Below, piece by piece: positions 12,801 through 26,704 of a stretch of DNA of 64,000 nucleotides. Below the pieces are notes generated by a model that was given only the letters and a program-made list of their open reading frames with translations, was not told where the DNA came from and ran no database searches. A program made the translations under genes and the position numbers. How positions within the stretch are numbered: position 1 is the stretch's first letter; each line of letters opens with the position of its first letter. Source of the stretch: Marsupella aquatica (Eukaryota; Plantae; Marchantiophyta); assembly GCA_973895155.1 (NCBI GenBank), contig OZ316895.1:4901181-4965180 (forward strand), read 5' to 3'.

Positions 12801-14689
12801 AGCTCTTGTGCAACGGTTTGGTGAAGCAGGTGGTAGTCTTGGTTGGAGGACAAAAGGCTGGAAAATCATCGTTGCTTCATACTCTTGCGGGCACAACTCC
12901 TCTCTCATGTGGAGACGCACTCATTAATGGAGAGAGTGTTCGCTACAGTTTCCAGAACCGTCGAAGAGTCATTGGACTATGTCCCCAATATGAGGTGTGT
13001 CATCTAAACCCCTGTAGATAACGAGACCTTTAGCACTCCCATCCGACTCGTAAAATGAAATACTCTGAAGAGAGCAAAGCCTGGACTTTGAGTTGAGAGT
13101 AGCAGTAGTGTTGAAGCTTAGTGCCTTATTGTTAAAGCTATGAACAAGTACTCAATGACGAAAAGCTTGTCCTCTAAAAGTCTCAAGTCTTGATTAGGTT
13201 CCCTGGTAGGATTAGCAAGCTCAGCGCTGGGGGAAATTTTCATGAACACTGGTCGACACTCACTGCCTGGAATGTTCTTGCCATTTTGTCTGTTATGAAA
13301 TCCTTTCTCGAGTCTGAAATTTGACCGAAGCACATTTTTCTTTGAAATTTTGACGCAGTCTATGTACTACTCATTGACTGTAAGGGAGCATTTGGAGCTT
13401 TTCGTCGTTTTGAAAGGAGTGCCTGAGCCACACAGCTTGGCCGTTGAGGCAACTCTTCAAGCTCTGAACCTCACAGGTAGAATAGTTTTTTTCCAAAAGT
13501 CACGAAGGATATGTTTCACTTTCTGTATGAGTGAAAGCTTTTTGAGAGTGTCCTCTTCTGACTTAATTTGAAACTACATGCCAATTTATAATTCTTCTTT
13601 TCATGTCTCCGCAATACCAAATTTGATAGCCTCCATTGATTGTCATCTGTTTTCCACAGCTGTTGCTGATGAAGTTGTTGGAAAGTGTTCCGTGGGAATT
13701 CGTCGGAGGTTAAGTATTGGAATAGCAATGGTTGGAGGATCCTCAGTTCTTCTTCTTGATGAGCCCTCTTCAGGTCAGTGTCTTTCGTCTCTATTTCTTG
13801 GCTGAACATCTTGCATCATTTACAATGTAACGCTGGAAGATTCTGAAAAAACCGATATGTTCTTGGATAGGTACTGATATTGCCACAAGACGACGAGTGT
13901 GGAAATATCTTGTGGCTCAGTCTGGTCAACGCGCAACGCTAATTTGCACTCAATCTTTCGAGGAAGCAGAAGCGATTGGGTATGTGATGTTGGATGTCTG
14001 AGGCAGAAACAGTAATTTCAGAATGATCTTACAATCGCCTTTATATGTAGGAAAAAGAAACACGTACATTAGCTAACCTGCACTATATTATGCCAACATA
14101 TCAGAGTGTATGTAGTACGTTAGATCGAAGTCACAATTCAATATCGTCCGAACTAAAATGTGTATTGCTGTCTCTTATTTGGTCGAGGGATTTTGATGGT
14201 GTACGGAGTTTTTTGAGATTTTCTGTTTGAGAGTATTATGACCCGAACCTATTGTTTTGCAGGGTGAGGGTGGGCGTTTTGGTTTCAGGGCAGCTCAAGT
14301 GCCTTGCATCCCCTCAGGAGCTGAAGCGACGCTATGGTTCTTCTTATTCCCTATCTGTCAGTGCCTCATCTGAGAAGATCCCAGCCATAAGGGATTTCAT
14401 TTCGAGTCTCTTTCCCAGTCCCGAGCAGGATGGTGAGCTTGCTGTGAGCTCTAATGGCCAAACTGCTGGTGCTGATATTGAGCTTGTGGAAGGAGTTAGA
14501 GAACCTAATGAGCAATATAAGCTTCGGGTACCAGTACAAAATCTCGCTGGCCTTGCAACTTTACTGCGAGAATTGGAAGAGAAGCGGGAATCACTTGGAA
14601 TTACAGAGTATGTCGTCAGTCAACCGACTCTCCGTCAAGTTTTCCACCGGCTTTCCCTTGGCGACTCTGTTGAGACTAGTAGCCCATAA
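810..14689 (+). CDS. Full-size ABC transporter subfamily A (TMD-NBD-TMD-NBD), multi-exon; 5' end not located (may lie upstream of 810 or outside the window)
   Basis: GT-AG bounded exons give ABCA hallmarks. TMD1 region: LAYVP (~1456), YLQSG/FLALQ (~2450-2590), IVREKETLLK/DCMIMMGL..YWLAW (2790-3300). NBD1: NLRKAY..LNLNLYEGQLF, GHSKSGKS, GFCPQ, KRKLSLAIALIGDP, MEEADVIADR, GSSRFLRSRFG, SLEEVF. TMD2: AADKELGL..VSGMRGLAYW. NBD2: GGQKAGKS, GLCPQ, LLLDEPSSG, SPQELKRRYG, YVVSQPTLRQVF. Stop TAA 14687-14689. Confidence 0.9.
6275..6402. repeat. Perfect 63 bp tandem duplication spanning an ABCA 3' splice site
   Basis: ttcttatttgacatggtgatttcaattgttttcaggttcagagttgcggtcgctggtgggatt is repeated back-to-back; visible as the repeated 21-aa block in ORF 6092..6427. 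Confidence 0.95.
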
Positions 14690-17327
14690 CGAATCATTTT
14701 GAGGAAAGGAATTGCTCTCCCCTCTCGGCTCGCATGGGGCATTATTTACAGTTTCGCTACCTTCCAACACAAATATACGTTGAGAATGGTCCGTGACCTT
14801 TGTGCACAGCTCTTTTGTGAACCAGTTGTCGAGGTCTAGTCACGGCAACCTTGTCCCCAAACCTATTGCACATCTCCATATCTAGAATTGGAATGCACTA
14901 GTGGGCACGGCAGACATTTTTACTTGTCAACAATTAATATGTTCCAATTTCATTGGAGTAATTGCGAAACGTGATATAGAGTGTTGTTGAGAACGTTTAT
15001 TGACACCGATGGACAAGTCAGTTTGCTGATTGAAATATTTATGATGTTCAAGGGATTCGATCTTCCCATCTCTGATTAACTGCAACTTCCAGGGCTTTTG
15101 ACAGTCTATGGTACTCCGTCTAATTGGGCATTGGCGTACATTTTCCATGTGTCCTCAACCTTGTTATTATCCCAAACCCTGAAGGTTTTCTGGGGACATG
15201 ACATGTAGCCCAGGTCATTGGTAGTCTTTGACGTTTAGAACACCATGATCGGTTATGTGGATCTGACTAACTCCAGCCAAAAGGTGTTACGAAGTAAGGC
15301 TCGTCTTTCCAAGTCTGGTCTGGCCTTGGCAAGTTTCGTTTGTGCTGGCTTTAGATAGATTACGGTTGGACCCTCAATCTATCTAAGACTGTCAAGAATG
15401 TGGATGCATCTGGATCCAACTATTCTGCAATTGAATTGTGGAAATGAAATCTACGGAGGATTGAGTGTGCATTATTTACTGACCCATACTTGGATGGTAA
15501 CTACCTCCCCCCCCGCGAAAAAAGCCATAAGCCTTGTATTCGATTTGTGAACTGCAGTTTTGCTCCGACAGGGCCTTCTGTTCAAATTCGGTTGATTCGA
15601 GACACTTTAGGGACTTATGATTCGAGATGCCCAGATGCACATTCTGCTCCCACTGAATTTCTTTGTGTCGTCCAGACTGAATGTCACTCTTGAATTGTGG
15701 AATTTGAGGAAACTGGTACGACACAAATGCTCAATGCTGGAATGCAATAACGAAGCAGCACCCAAGAACACAAATTTGCTTCACGTGGAGCTCAATTTGA
15801 GAGCACAGGGAACTTTGTACAGAGAGGAAACAAGTTTTTCCATTTGTTCTCGAGCCGTCCGTGAGTGCGTTCTCAGGTCCGAGTGAAGGCGGGGATAATC
15901 CTGTCCTAATTAAGATACTTCTAATTTACAAGGATAAATATTAAATATGTTTTAATTTTGAATCTTACATGATGTATTTTATTTTATGAGAAGTGTAAGC
16001 AAGGAGCATTTTCTATGTTTGCATCCTAAACACCTTTATAAATTGTTGGTCAAAACTGTCTCAAATCTTTAAAGACAGAGAATTGTCATGCTAGAGAGAG
16101 ATTGGGTGTAATGCAAGTACATCTTCCAATGAATTTTTCTTGTAGAGGTGAACTGGCAATCCCTGAGCTATGTAGGAACTCTGGTCTTTCAGCACCAGCT
16201 GGTTACTTGCAGTTGCTCCTTTTGTTGAACATGCCTAAGCATTGAAGAGTTCCTCGTTGGATTGGCAGGGGAAGCTGCCTCAGAGCATCTCTAGCCATAG
16301 CGTCAAATGAGCCTGTAAACGTCCAAATGAACATAGAGGTTGATATTGGAGGGATGGCTTCCTAGTGGTGGCCCCTACCCCTAAGTAAATGGCAGCCAGC
16401 CTCTATTTTCATAACCCTAGCTGCCATATTTGGTAGAAATGGCAGCCAGGAGAGAGTACACCCACCTGTATTAGAGATTTCATCACATGTCATAAGATCC
16501 TGATATTGATAGAGATTTTGAACCTGGGGATACTCTCATGGACCACATTTCCCAAAATTAAGTTTAATTATAATAACTTGATGTTCATAAATTCCATTAT
16601 TTTTTGGTTTTGAGTTTGCCTTAGAGGAGTAGGTAAGCTAAACTTTCATCAAAGTGAGGAGTAAGTTTTGGCCATTGGGTTGAGCTATTTTATCATGGAA
16701 TGTAGAGGGGTAAATTAGATTAAATTAATTTTCATTGTGTGAATATGAAATATTAGGCTTTGTGTTTTGCTGTGTGTCCTCCTTCTCTAGTTGATTTGCT
16801 GGTGAAAACTAAAAATTATTTAAAACTCACAATAATAAAGTTATAAGCGCAAAACTCCCATCCGTAAGACTAATAGTAATCAAATTATAAGCCCAAAATT
16901 TACATAGAACACCAAATGTGGTCCATGGGAGCACTATGTCCAACATGGTGGTCCATCTGCGCTTCAGTTTACTAATGATTAGCCAACAAAATACTCGAGG
17001 GGCAATACAAGTAGTGCCAATTGTTTACACATTTGGCATGCATGTGTAAACAATCTAGCAGGCGACTTTTGGGACGAGCGATCTGCAGAGTGGGGCGCGG
17101 TTGTGGGGACAGGGATGTGATCTAGTGAAGGGAAGCAGCGATGGTGGGAGGGAAGCAAAGAACGTTCTGCAGTTGAAAAACCACCCGACTGTTGCCACAT
17201 GGGACTTGACAATTTTTCGTAAGGATGGAGATGCTGGGAATTTGACCAAGCTGAGCTCCTCCACAAAAGTGAATGAATTCCGTTTGCTGGGTGGCAAGGC
17301 AGAATTGCCTTCCGTTGTCCTTCCGTC

Positions 17328-20300
17328 ATGGCATTCCGGAGGGCCACTGGGGAGCTGCTGCTTGTCGCTCAACGCCGGTCATTCTCATATTTCTGTTCCA
17401 CATCATCATTAAACAAATTCCACAACAAACAGCCCAGTCCCAAATTCCTCGAGGACCCGATGGTGGTAGCTGAATGGGGAACGCTGAAAACTTCACTATG
17501 GCAGCAGCAGCAGCAGCAGCAGAAACAGCGCGGCTTCTCTACCCAGACCTCTCGTCATGCCGCCTCTCTCTCAGCTGGGCGCCCAATGCCCTCGAGCAGT
17601 AGGTAAGGCAGTTCTTTAGATCTCTGGACAGCAGCAGTTTTGGGTGTAGGGTTTGGGCAGGCTTCACGTACCTGCATTGTACGAACCATCTGGACTCTCA
17701 AGGTTCGTTGGGGAATGGAAAATGCTGACATCTCAAGAAGCAGAGCCTGGAAATCCATCGAAGAGAAATCGACGAAAAAGTTCAAGCCACTGAAATATTA
17801 TGAATATAGGAATGGATGATTGTAGAGGACAAGTCTATTATGGCAGTAACCTTTCTGGATATTGGACCTCCCGTCGCCTTGGTTAGATTACAGTCTTTCA
17901 ATTTTCGTGAGCTACGGGAGCTTTTCTTCTGCACAGTGTTGGGTTCAGTGGATGCTCTGTAGAACCCCGGCACGAGTGAAGTGAGTACACATGGGGATCT
18001 GAACCTCTGACCAATTGCCAAAAAGGGATCTCATCTCCAAATGCACCACTTACTTACACAGGAGTAGTCGGAGTAGAATATCTTTCACTTAAACCCTAAA
18101 CCCTTGCGTGTGAAACGAAAATATTGATTAGCCTGTAAGATTTAGGACTTCACATTGAGTCAAGCTTTTGAGGTTTCTAGTCTTTCGAGACTTCACATTC
18201 GTCAATGAGGAGAGTAATCGTAAAGATTTGGACCGAGTTTTGTATCTGAGCCATGGTTAATAGCACAGTTTTTGTCAAAATTTCCAGTTCAGTCCATTAA
18301 TTACTGAGAGGAGTGTCAACTTGTACTGGTTCTCTAATCTTGTGATGTTGCTTACTGTATCTCATCAGCAGGTTGGCCTTTTCTTACGTCTGTTTTTGCA
18401 GTTCTTTTCCTGCTTTTCGTGGCTAAGCCATTTATGTAAAGTCCAATTCAGCTCATTGCAATTTTGCTCCACTTGATCACCTTCGAATTTGATCCCGTTC
18501 CGAACTGTGGTTTGTTGTCCTTGAATCAGTTCTGAAGTTCTCGGAGAGAAACTGGACACAAGAATTTCCAGTGGCGATGAAAATGTAGAATCAGACACAA
18601 GGGTATGGAAGGACGAGGGAGCTGATTTCGTGGCAAATGCAGACAATCCACTCGGCGAAGCTGCAGCTGTGGGTCAGCGAGCGTTAATGGATAGCAAAGT
18701 TGGTGAAGAAGCTGCAAGCGGAAGCATTTGGAGTATCCTGAGAGCCCCAGCAGATGGAGTAGTTGTTTTAGTCGATGGATTGCACACATTAACAGGCACT
18801 TCATGGTAGGTGCGATTTATTGTGTCATTTACTTTGCAGTGGAGCTGTGTTTGACTGGTTCTTGGCATGTATGGTGTCGGATGTCCATCGTGGATTTTGT
18901 CTACAGAGACGGCTTCTTTCATTGTATTGCAGCCTCATCGAGGTCAGGTGGAATGGTAATGCATAATGCGCAGGTGGGTTACCATAATTGGATCAACGTT
19001 GGCTTTCCGAACAGCTCTTTTCCCGTTTACCGTCACATACATGAGAAAATCTGCTCAAGTTGCAGCGTCCATGTCCCTTTGTGAGATTCCGCTCCCCTGT
19101 TGAATCTCTTTTTTGAGCATCACGATCATCATCTACTACTATTCACATGACTTTTCTAGGCTTCATAAAACTTGCTATGAGAAATACTTAACTGAACTTT
19201 TGTCTATGGTTCTTGAATATGCAGTGCCGCCAATAAGGCCGCCAAAAGACTCGAATAAAAGTTTAGCTGATCAGTACCGCATCTTCACCAAAAGACGCCT
19301 TGAGCTAGGAGTTCCATCTCCATTCTGGGCAACCGCAGGCCTCCTACAGGTACTTATACTTGTCAACCACCAGTGGCTTTCAAAGTAGTCACGAGCAATC
19401 TAGAGTGGCTTTCACTCATCAATGGCAAGTGTCTCGCATCCCAAGTTAGCAGAAGCCCTTCATATAGGAGATTGCAGCTTCCAATTTTCAGCGATATTTT
19501 GGCTTGCAGTATTTGTATGACTGTTGATCTATTTCAGTCTCTAATTCGATAGTATACGAAGTAATTCAATCCTGGATTAGCTCAAGACGACGGTTAAATG
19601 CTCTTAACCCTACAGTAGTCTGATCGTAGTCGGACAGAACACGCATGTTCATGACAAATGGAATGGTCAGGGAAGACACATTGGTAAATAGAATCTCTTA
19701 ACTAAAACGAAGAAAATTCGAGGTTTACTTCAGTTTTAAAACTCTAACATTGAAAACAAAACCCTGTTTTGGCAGGCGCCCCTTTTTCTCTACTGGATCA
19801 TTGCCCTGCGGGGCATGGCCATGAATCATTATCCAGGTTTTGAGTCCGTAAGGTCTCATCCTTTGCCCATCGTGAATTTTTATTGTTGGAATTAACGATG
19901 TTCAGCTGACCGGCATGTGAGTAGTTGATCAATGAACGTCTTTTTGTTATGTGTCCTTCGGGTTGTTTCTGGATAAGATTATCAAGTAATTAGCCTTGGC
20001 TCATTTGCCTAGAACCTGACTGTAAGTTTGTCCGCTTTGTCGGTGTTCTTGTGGGCCGTAGGGTGGTGCACTTTGGTTTGTGGACTTGACAGTACCTGTA
20101 CATGGTGCGCTTGGTGCACTTTTCCCCTCTGTTATAGCTCTGACACACTTAATGAACGTACAGGTGATCATCACTGTTGTCCATTTATACCAATTTCAGA
20201 TGCATTTACATTTTCTTGAGACTGCTCCTTCTTATTGTTCTTTATCCTGGCCTTCATGAGCAACTAACGTTCGGCTCGTACTTCTCATTTGAATGCCTGT

Positions 20301-22757
20301 TTCTAGAAAATTTCAGGTTTCATTCAGGGCGATCAAGCCTCGTAATGACCTCACCGGATTTCTCATGAAGGTACTGATGACCCATCTTCTTTCCCTAAGA
20401 GGATTGTCGCTCAATTCCTTGATGCACATTCTTCTTTCCCTAAGAGGATTGAGGCTTTCTGCCGGACTTGAATTTTACAACGAATGATTGGACATAGCGG
20501 ACAATGAGTTAAGTTCGGGAAGCTAACCTGAAGAACTATGGTGGAATGGTTCGTGGACTGTTTCTTTCTATCTCATACTGGTGTATTTACTTGTGAACAT
20601 AGATATACCAATGGTGGCTGGAAGCTGTTACTATTCCTTTGTTCATCGTAGGCTTCTACCTACCCCAGGTGTGCAGAATACACCTGGTCCCCCAGATTAT
20701 ATTGATTTATGAGAGTACCCTTTCTTTTGATCGTCGATTCATCCCGTGGTCGATTTTTAGGACTCAGGAACTAAGAAAGCGAATCATTTCCGTTAGAATT
20801 GCCTGCCCATTGTGAAAGTCTTGTCCTTCCATCATTGCAGGGTGTATTTATGTACTGGCTAACCAATAACTGCTTCAACTTAGCTCAGGTAACATCCGTT
20901 TCAGCAAAAAAGGGTTTGATCCTCTATCCCGATGAGTTCTGAAAATGGCCTTTACAGCCCATGCTCGTATTGCGATTTTACGACTCCTATCATAACATGG
21001 CACTACTAGAATGGTTTGCAAAGCAAATCGATTTGCATTTTCAATCATACAAGACCTATTGCTCGTCACTATATTCATGATTAGATCACTGAAACGAGGT
21101 CAGCTTGGTTCTTATCCCACATGGTTCGTATGCTGAATTTGTATGTCTGGTACTCAGTATATATGAGGGCATTCAAAGTGCTTCAAATGTTTCCAATATA
21201 CACTTTCTTTGCTAACCTCCATTACAGTCAATAGCGTTGCAGAATGACGGGTTCCGTGGGAGAGTTGGTCTCCCTCGATTAGCAGAGTTGGAGAAGCTGA
21301 GATCCAAACAAGCAGCCCAACCTGTGCATGCTGACAATAACGATCTGGAAGTATTGAATCTGGATACGCTTCTGAAGGTATCCCCTTTATCCTGTGTTAC
21401 AGCGTAGGATTACACATTTTAAAGCCAGATTTGATCGGAACAAGAGTATTCCCACTTACGCTGTCTCTTAAACGCCTAGATGACTGTTTGGGCACTTTGA
21501 TCGATGTCATCAGCTCTCTTCGGATCATGTATCCAATCCAGGATTTTGTCAATGAGTTGCGGGTCATGCTTTTGAACAAAACTCATATATCTAGTTGTCG
21601 TTCTGGATGTATATTTAGTCTGCAACAAGTCACGTTACACAGGACCGTGATGAGGAAGCGTTAAAACTTTTGGAGTAAGTGTTCTGCCTGCCATTTACAA
21701 GTTTGAAGTTCATGTTGGCGGAAACATGTAGTGTCCTCTTGCAAGTTCGGTCCCCTCGTCTGACTCCTTTCCCATTTTATTTCAAGCATTGTTCGCGGCA
21801 GAGTTGTAGGAGTCAATTCTCTAGGAGACCGCCGCTGAAGATGAGTATGTGCAACTGCCTAATCTGGAACTCAATTTTGAGCAGGTTTCTGGTCAAGAAA
21901 TATCCAGATGAAGCTGAGGCATACAACGTTTATGGAATGCTACACATAAAGAAGAAACAGTGGTCTGAGGCAATTGAGTATTACAGCTTAGCCATCTCTA
22001 AGGTTGCCACTTACAAACTACTTCCTAGCTTCAATCGTTAGGAGACCCAATGCTCCTTGTCAGTCAATTGCAGCTCATTTGTAAGTCTAAGAATGTATCT
22101 AAGTAGGGTTGATAGGACCTTGCTGTCACCTGTAATCGGACTGAAGAGGATGCTTGGAACTACATGTAGGCAACCGACGATTCACAGCGCATCACTGCTT
22201 TTATGGGAGCAGGAATATCTTTGTACAATCAGGTTGGTTCCCCCCTCTGCCTTTGACGTCTGATGCCCAGTCAAGACGATAAATAGATGTGAAGTCCGTA
22301 CGTGCAAGTCCCACCCCCACCCCCACCCCCTCCCCCTGTCCCCAACACCCTTTGAATTTTGTATTTCGATGTGGATAAAGATGAAAGAGGCCCTTGCTTA
22401 CAATCCCACTACTGGTACAGGGACAAAAGCAAGAGGCTATTTCTGTGATGAAGCCTCTGGTTGATATCAAAGTGCCTCGAGAGCCTGTAATTCGGCAAAA
22501 GTACCTGCGGGCACTAGTCACTCTGGGGAGGTATGCCAGTACAGTAGTGCATTTCCTACGTGGAGTGGTACATGCTTTTGCTTTAAGTCATCGAGTCGAC
22601 AGATGGGAGCTCATTAAAGGAAGTCGCAATGTGCAGTGCTTTGAGCCAGGAAGGATTGAAGGAAGAAGCCCTTTCTGTGTTGAAGGTGGCCGTGAAATGG
22701 GATCGTTCCATAGAGGTATACATCAAGCAATTGAATGACGATTTGGATAACAGGTAG
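17328..22757 (+). CDS. OXA2: Mitochondrial inner-membrane insertase of the YidC/Oxa1/Alb3 family with C-terminal TPR domain (plant OXA2/COX18-like), multi-exon
   Basis: Arg/Ser-rich presequence-like start MAFRRATGELLLVAQRRSFSYF. Spliced exons read LHTLTGTSW/WVTIIGSTLAFRTALFP (18780-19030), LQ/APLF..ALRGMA (19350-19820), GGALWFVDLT (20060), LPQ/GVFMYWLTNN (20660-20870), all Oxa1-family motifs. TPR-like exons AEAYNVYGMLHIKKKQWSEAIEYYSLAI (21910-22000) and AFMGAGISLYNQ/GQKQEAI follow. Stop TAG 22755-22757. Confidence 0.88.
17502..17522 (+). repeat. (CAG)7 microsatellite encoding poly-Gln in the OXA2 N-terminus
   Basis: cagcagcagcagcagcagcag in frame with WQQQQQQQK. Confidence 0.9.
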
Positions 22758-23519
22758 AAGGTGAACTTCTAGTCTAGTTAGTAATAGATGAAATGAGATG
22801 CAAGAAGGTTTGCATTTTGAACCTTTAAAGTGGCCATTCACACGTACAAATGGAATAGTGGAGTAATTAACAGCAGGGAAATCGACAATAGCAAGCTGGG
22901 TCAGATATCAAACATATTGTACGTTTTAGCGTTGGTCGCGCTGCCACCTAGCCAAAACATGTATTCGCGAAGCATTATAATGGAAAAACACGTTGTCCAG
23001 AGCATTCTTGGGGCTATCGCGTCTAGATTTTAATTTCTTTCCAATTTCCCGAAACGGCATATCTTTCCGGACGGACGCATCTAAAACGTCGAATTTGTGC
23101 GGTTGGCGCCAGATTCTCTTAAATTAATTTTGTTATGCGTCATAGTATTCGTCACTCCCCACAACCTGGTGTGGAAAAAACGCGTAGAAAATACAAAGCT
23201 AGTGTCAAGTTGAAGAGTAAAGGATGCCTTGGATTCGTATGAAATTATGCATCTCTTCCACTGAAACCACGGATGCCTTGCATGGTTCAGAGACCTGCTT
23301 TCTGGATGTCTGGGCAATTCTACCGTTTGAGCTGAATGACTGGCATGCATCCGAATCCTCCACTGAATTATGAAGGATTACTGTCAGATCACAATTTGTG
23401 GAAAAACGTCTGTGTGTTTGGCGAATCATCGCATTTGATTCTTTAGCAAGCTAGGTTTCCGGATCTCACTTCCTGTACAATCACTTGTGCATATATGATG
23501 GAGATCTACAGTAGGATTT

Positions 23520-26500
23520 ATGGGAGAATACGACGACGTCGTTTCCATAGAAAAGTCATCCCACGGAGGTAGTCCAGCTCAATTTCTGCAAATGATAATA
23601 TCAGAAGTGAATGCTGTTGTTGATCTGGTGGTGAAAGCCACTACGTTTACCACTCAGTTGCAGGATGGGTGGTTTAAAGGTTCGGCGGAGCGTGAGTCAT
23701 TTCAAGACAAGGTTTGGGTCCTTAGCGCAAAGCATGTGCTGTGGAGCGAAACAACTGCAGAGATATGGCATTGTCGAGGACAAGCATTTACTGCGTCTAG
23801 TGAAGGCAGCCGAGGAAGCTCTCGAGAAGCAACAGCAATCGGTGCGAAAACTCAAGAAATCTCCATACAGGAGATGGCAGAAGAGGATATTCCCAGGCCA
23901 GCTCTCATACTTACTGGATAAGGTGTTGGAAATAGTGGATGCTGGCCCGCAATTGCTTGCAAGCAGGGTTGCCAACAACGATCTAGTGGATAGATACTTG
24001 GCACAGACTCCGGCCTCATTGCCTTTTGGTCCGGATAGAAACTATGTGCCAATTGCAGATTCAATCGTGGCGGTACGAAATACATTGGAGAATACAGAAG
24101 GACCCCGAGTAGTGACAGTTTACGGAGGCCCAGGAATGGGGAACAGCAGCCTACTGAAATATTTGGCTATTCACTACCAAGAAGAGCAGAAGAGACAGCA
24201 TGCAGGGAAGAGAGTAACCCAGCTGCTACTCGAACTGCTGGAGAATCTTGGGTTTGGAACTGGATATGCAACTCCAAATGGCTCTAGCAGCACTGGCACA
24301 GATGTACACGAAGCGGATTACACTGCTTTATCTTCAAATCAAATCAAACTCAGATCTCGCTTGGCTGAGCAGGAGTTGCTGGTCATCTTGGATGACTTAT
24401 GGCAGCCAGAGGTATTGCAAGAGCACCTCGTTCCTGCAAAGGGCGTTAAATGTTTGGTCACATCTCAAATGCGAGACGTTCACCGTTTTGCTGAACAGAT
24501 CCAGATAAACAGGCCCACCCTCAGAGAATCTAGCCGGATCTTGGCTAACTATACTGACGGACTTCCAAGAAAGGGTGAATTTCCTCACAATGTGAAGTTA
24601 AGCTTTACAGCTCTGTTTCGTCAGATTTGCAGTAAAATGATGTTCACCACTCACGGCTAAGGTTTTGGCAAGACTCCGTTTCGAGTATTTAGGCTTTTGA
24701 TAAATTAAGGCATGAGCCCAATTGTCATATGTAATACAGCCACTGTTATAGTTCCAATTAGCATAATCTTGTGACTGACACTTAACCCTAGTACTTGCCT
24801 CTGGCAGAGCATTGCAGAGGATATTTTGGACTGTTACATATACACCCGCTCCCTTTGGTCAACATTGGCATCAGCATAAACAGGAGTCGGGCAACTGATA
24901 TCAAACAGTGGGATGTGATAAAGAAACATATATACAACCACCTTGATGAGAATGATAACACTCCACCTGCCTTTGACAGGCCATACAGTCTTCCCTTCAG
25001 TGCATCGATGATGCTTATGGTAGAGTCGCTGCCTGCAGAGGCACAACGGCTCAATTTCTTGGTGGCTTTGTTGAAGGGTCAAAAGTTGCCTGAATCTCTA
25101 GTGAAGTATACAGCTTTATTCCAAAGGATAATCATGAGAGGTGTTTGGAAGACAAGTCACTGATTAAATTCACTGTACGAGGAGATAGGTCAAATGTAGA
25201 CATTCATAGGTTGAGGACGCAATACATTTTAGACAGAAAAAAGCCTGAAGTGAGATCTATAGGTTCTCAGATATTAGCTGCCAGTGGGGATCAAGATGTA
25301 GCTAGGCTTAGAAGGACCGTGGAAGCAGAGGAAACACTGGTCACTGTTTTAAGCGCGATTTACTACGATGAATCGCTCAAAGATGTTGTAGCGGGGACTT
25401 TAGAGAACCATATTACTTTCATCAATGATGGGGTCATTCCACGGAGTTTGAATGCAGAGACAGACAGACTTGATTTCGTTGAGACTGCAAGACGAAAGCA
25501 TAACCAAATCCGAGGCCTTGTTTGGCTCTTGAATGGTGATCATGAAGAAGACAACTGGAAACAACAAGTCCACGAGTCTGCAAAGAAGGTATTGTTAATC
25601 ATTTACCTTCGATCAAGTTAAAATGTCTCAGTTGTGTATTTCTGCTTCAAAGATTTCGGTGAATTACATTTTTTGAAACAGAACATGTCTCAGTTGTTCA
25701 GATATAGACCGATGCGAATGCGCTTAATGTTGAGCTTGTCCTGTTTGAAATCAGTCGTGCAATGCTGCTTATTAGTGAACGTCTCCTTTTCTCAAACTAA
25801 TGATAAGATTAATTTTGCGTCTACCTAAATTTTAGTAAACGAGAAACGCGATGTTCTTAATAGGCTCCGCGTCCGCATCACATTGTATAATTGTGAAGTG
25901 AGTGCAGTTTTCTTGCAGTTTGGATAGCAACCACATTTATCAATGGCTAATACTCGGGGCTTTGGGTGATTGTGACAGATTATTGCCAAGGGAAACTGGA
26001 GGACAATAGTATGGCACACGTACTCCAACTCATGGCTCTCTATCATTGCCACGCAGTAGATTCCTGTGAGCGCAGTGCGACTTTTTCAGAGGCATATGCT
26101 TAGACAAATCAAACTCTGTTGAAGCTGTTGCATAACAATGCCAGATCAATGAAAGAACGAACTGATGTCATCGCTGCTCTTCTGCATGTTCTTGGTTATG
26201 AAAGCAAGCACTACATTTGCAAATTTGCCGCAAAGTATGAGAAACCAATTATTATTTGCCATGAGTTGAAATAATAATCTGAGTGAGTCTGCCACACGTG
26301 CATTGGCACGAGATTCGCATGGTAGAGGGATTCTTACGATGGCAGAGCCTCCTGAACTTTTGGAGCTCTCTTTGTGGTACTAGTAGAACCTGGGAAATGG
26401 CGGGTTCAAACTTGCAGTATACATTATGAGTTATTTATGTCAGTACCGGCTTTCGGCCCTCAGAATTGCTGTTTCGTTGGACGCTTTTAAAACGCTCTTC

Positions 26501-26704
26501 AAGTTTTTCTTTTCGAGTGAGTTCTCCCCAACCAGGTGCGGAGGGTACGTGGGGCATGTCCTGTGTAGCCTTTCACTTACCTCCATTTTGATGTGGACAA
26601 GACTGATATTTCAGACTGTAACCAATGTTGTGCAAGATTTTATTTGGACCAGAATGATCAACATCCAGTTAAGGATTATCGTGGAAGAACTGGAATGTGT
26701 TTGA
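23520..26704 (+). pseudogene. NB-ARC (STAND/NLR-like) gene with helical N-terminal domain and non-LRR C-terminus; frameshifted
   Basis: P-loop region RVVTVYGGPGMGNSSL (Lys to Asn), kinase-2 LLVILDDLW, RNBS-B KCLVTSQ, GLPL-like HPLPLVNIG, and LEDKSLI..IHRL at the MHD position. Frame changes near 23640 and 25140 with no evident intron; stops in the C-terminal part. 3' end uncertain. Confidence 0.72.
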
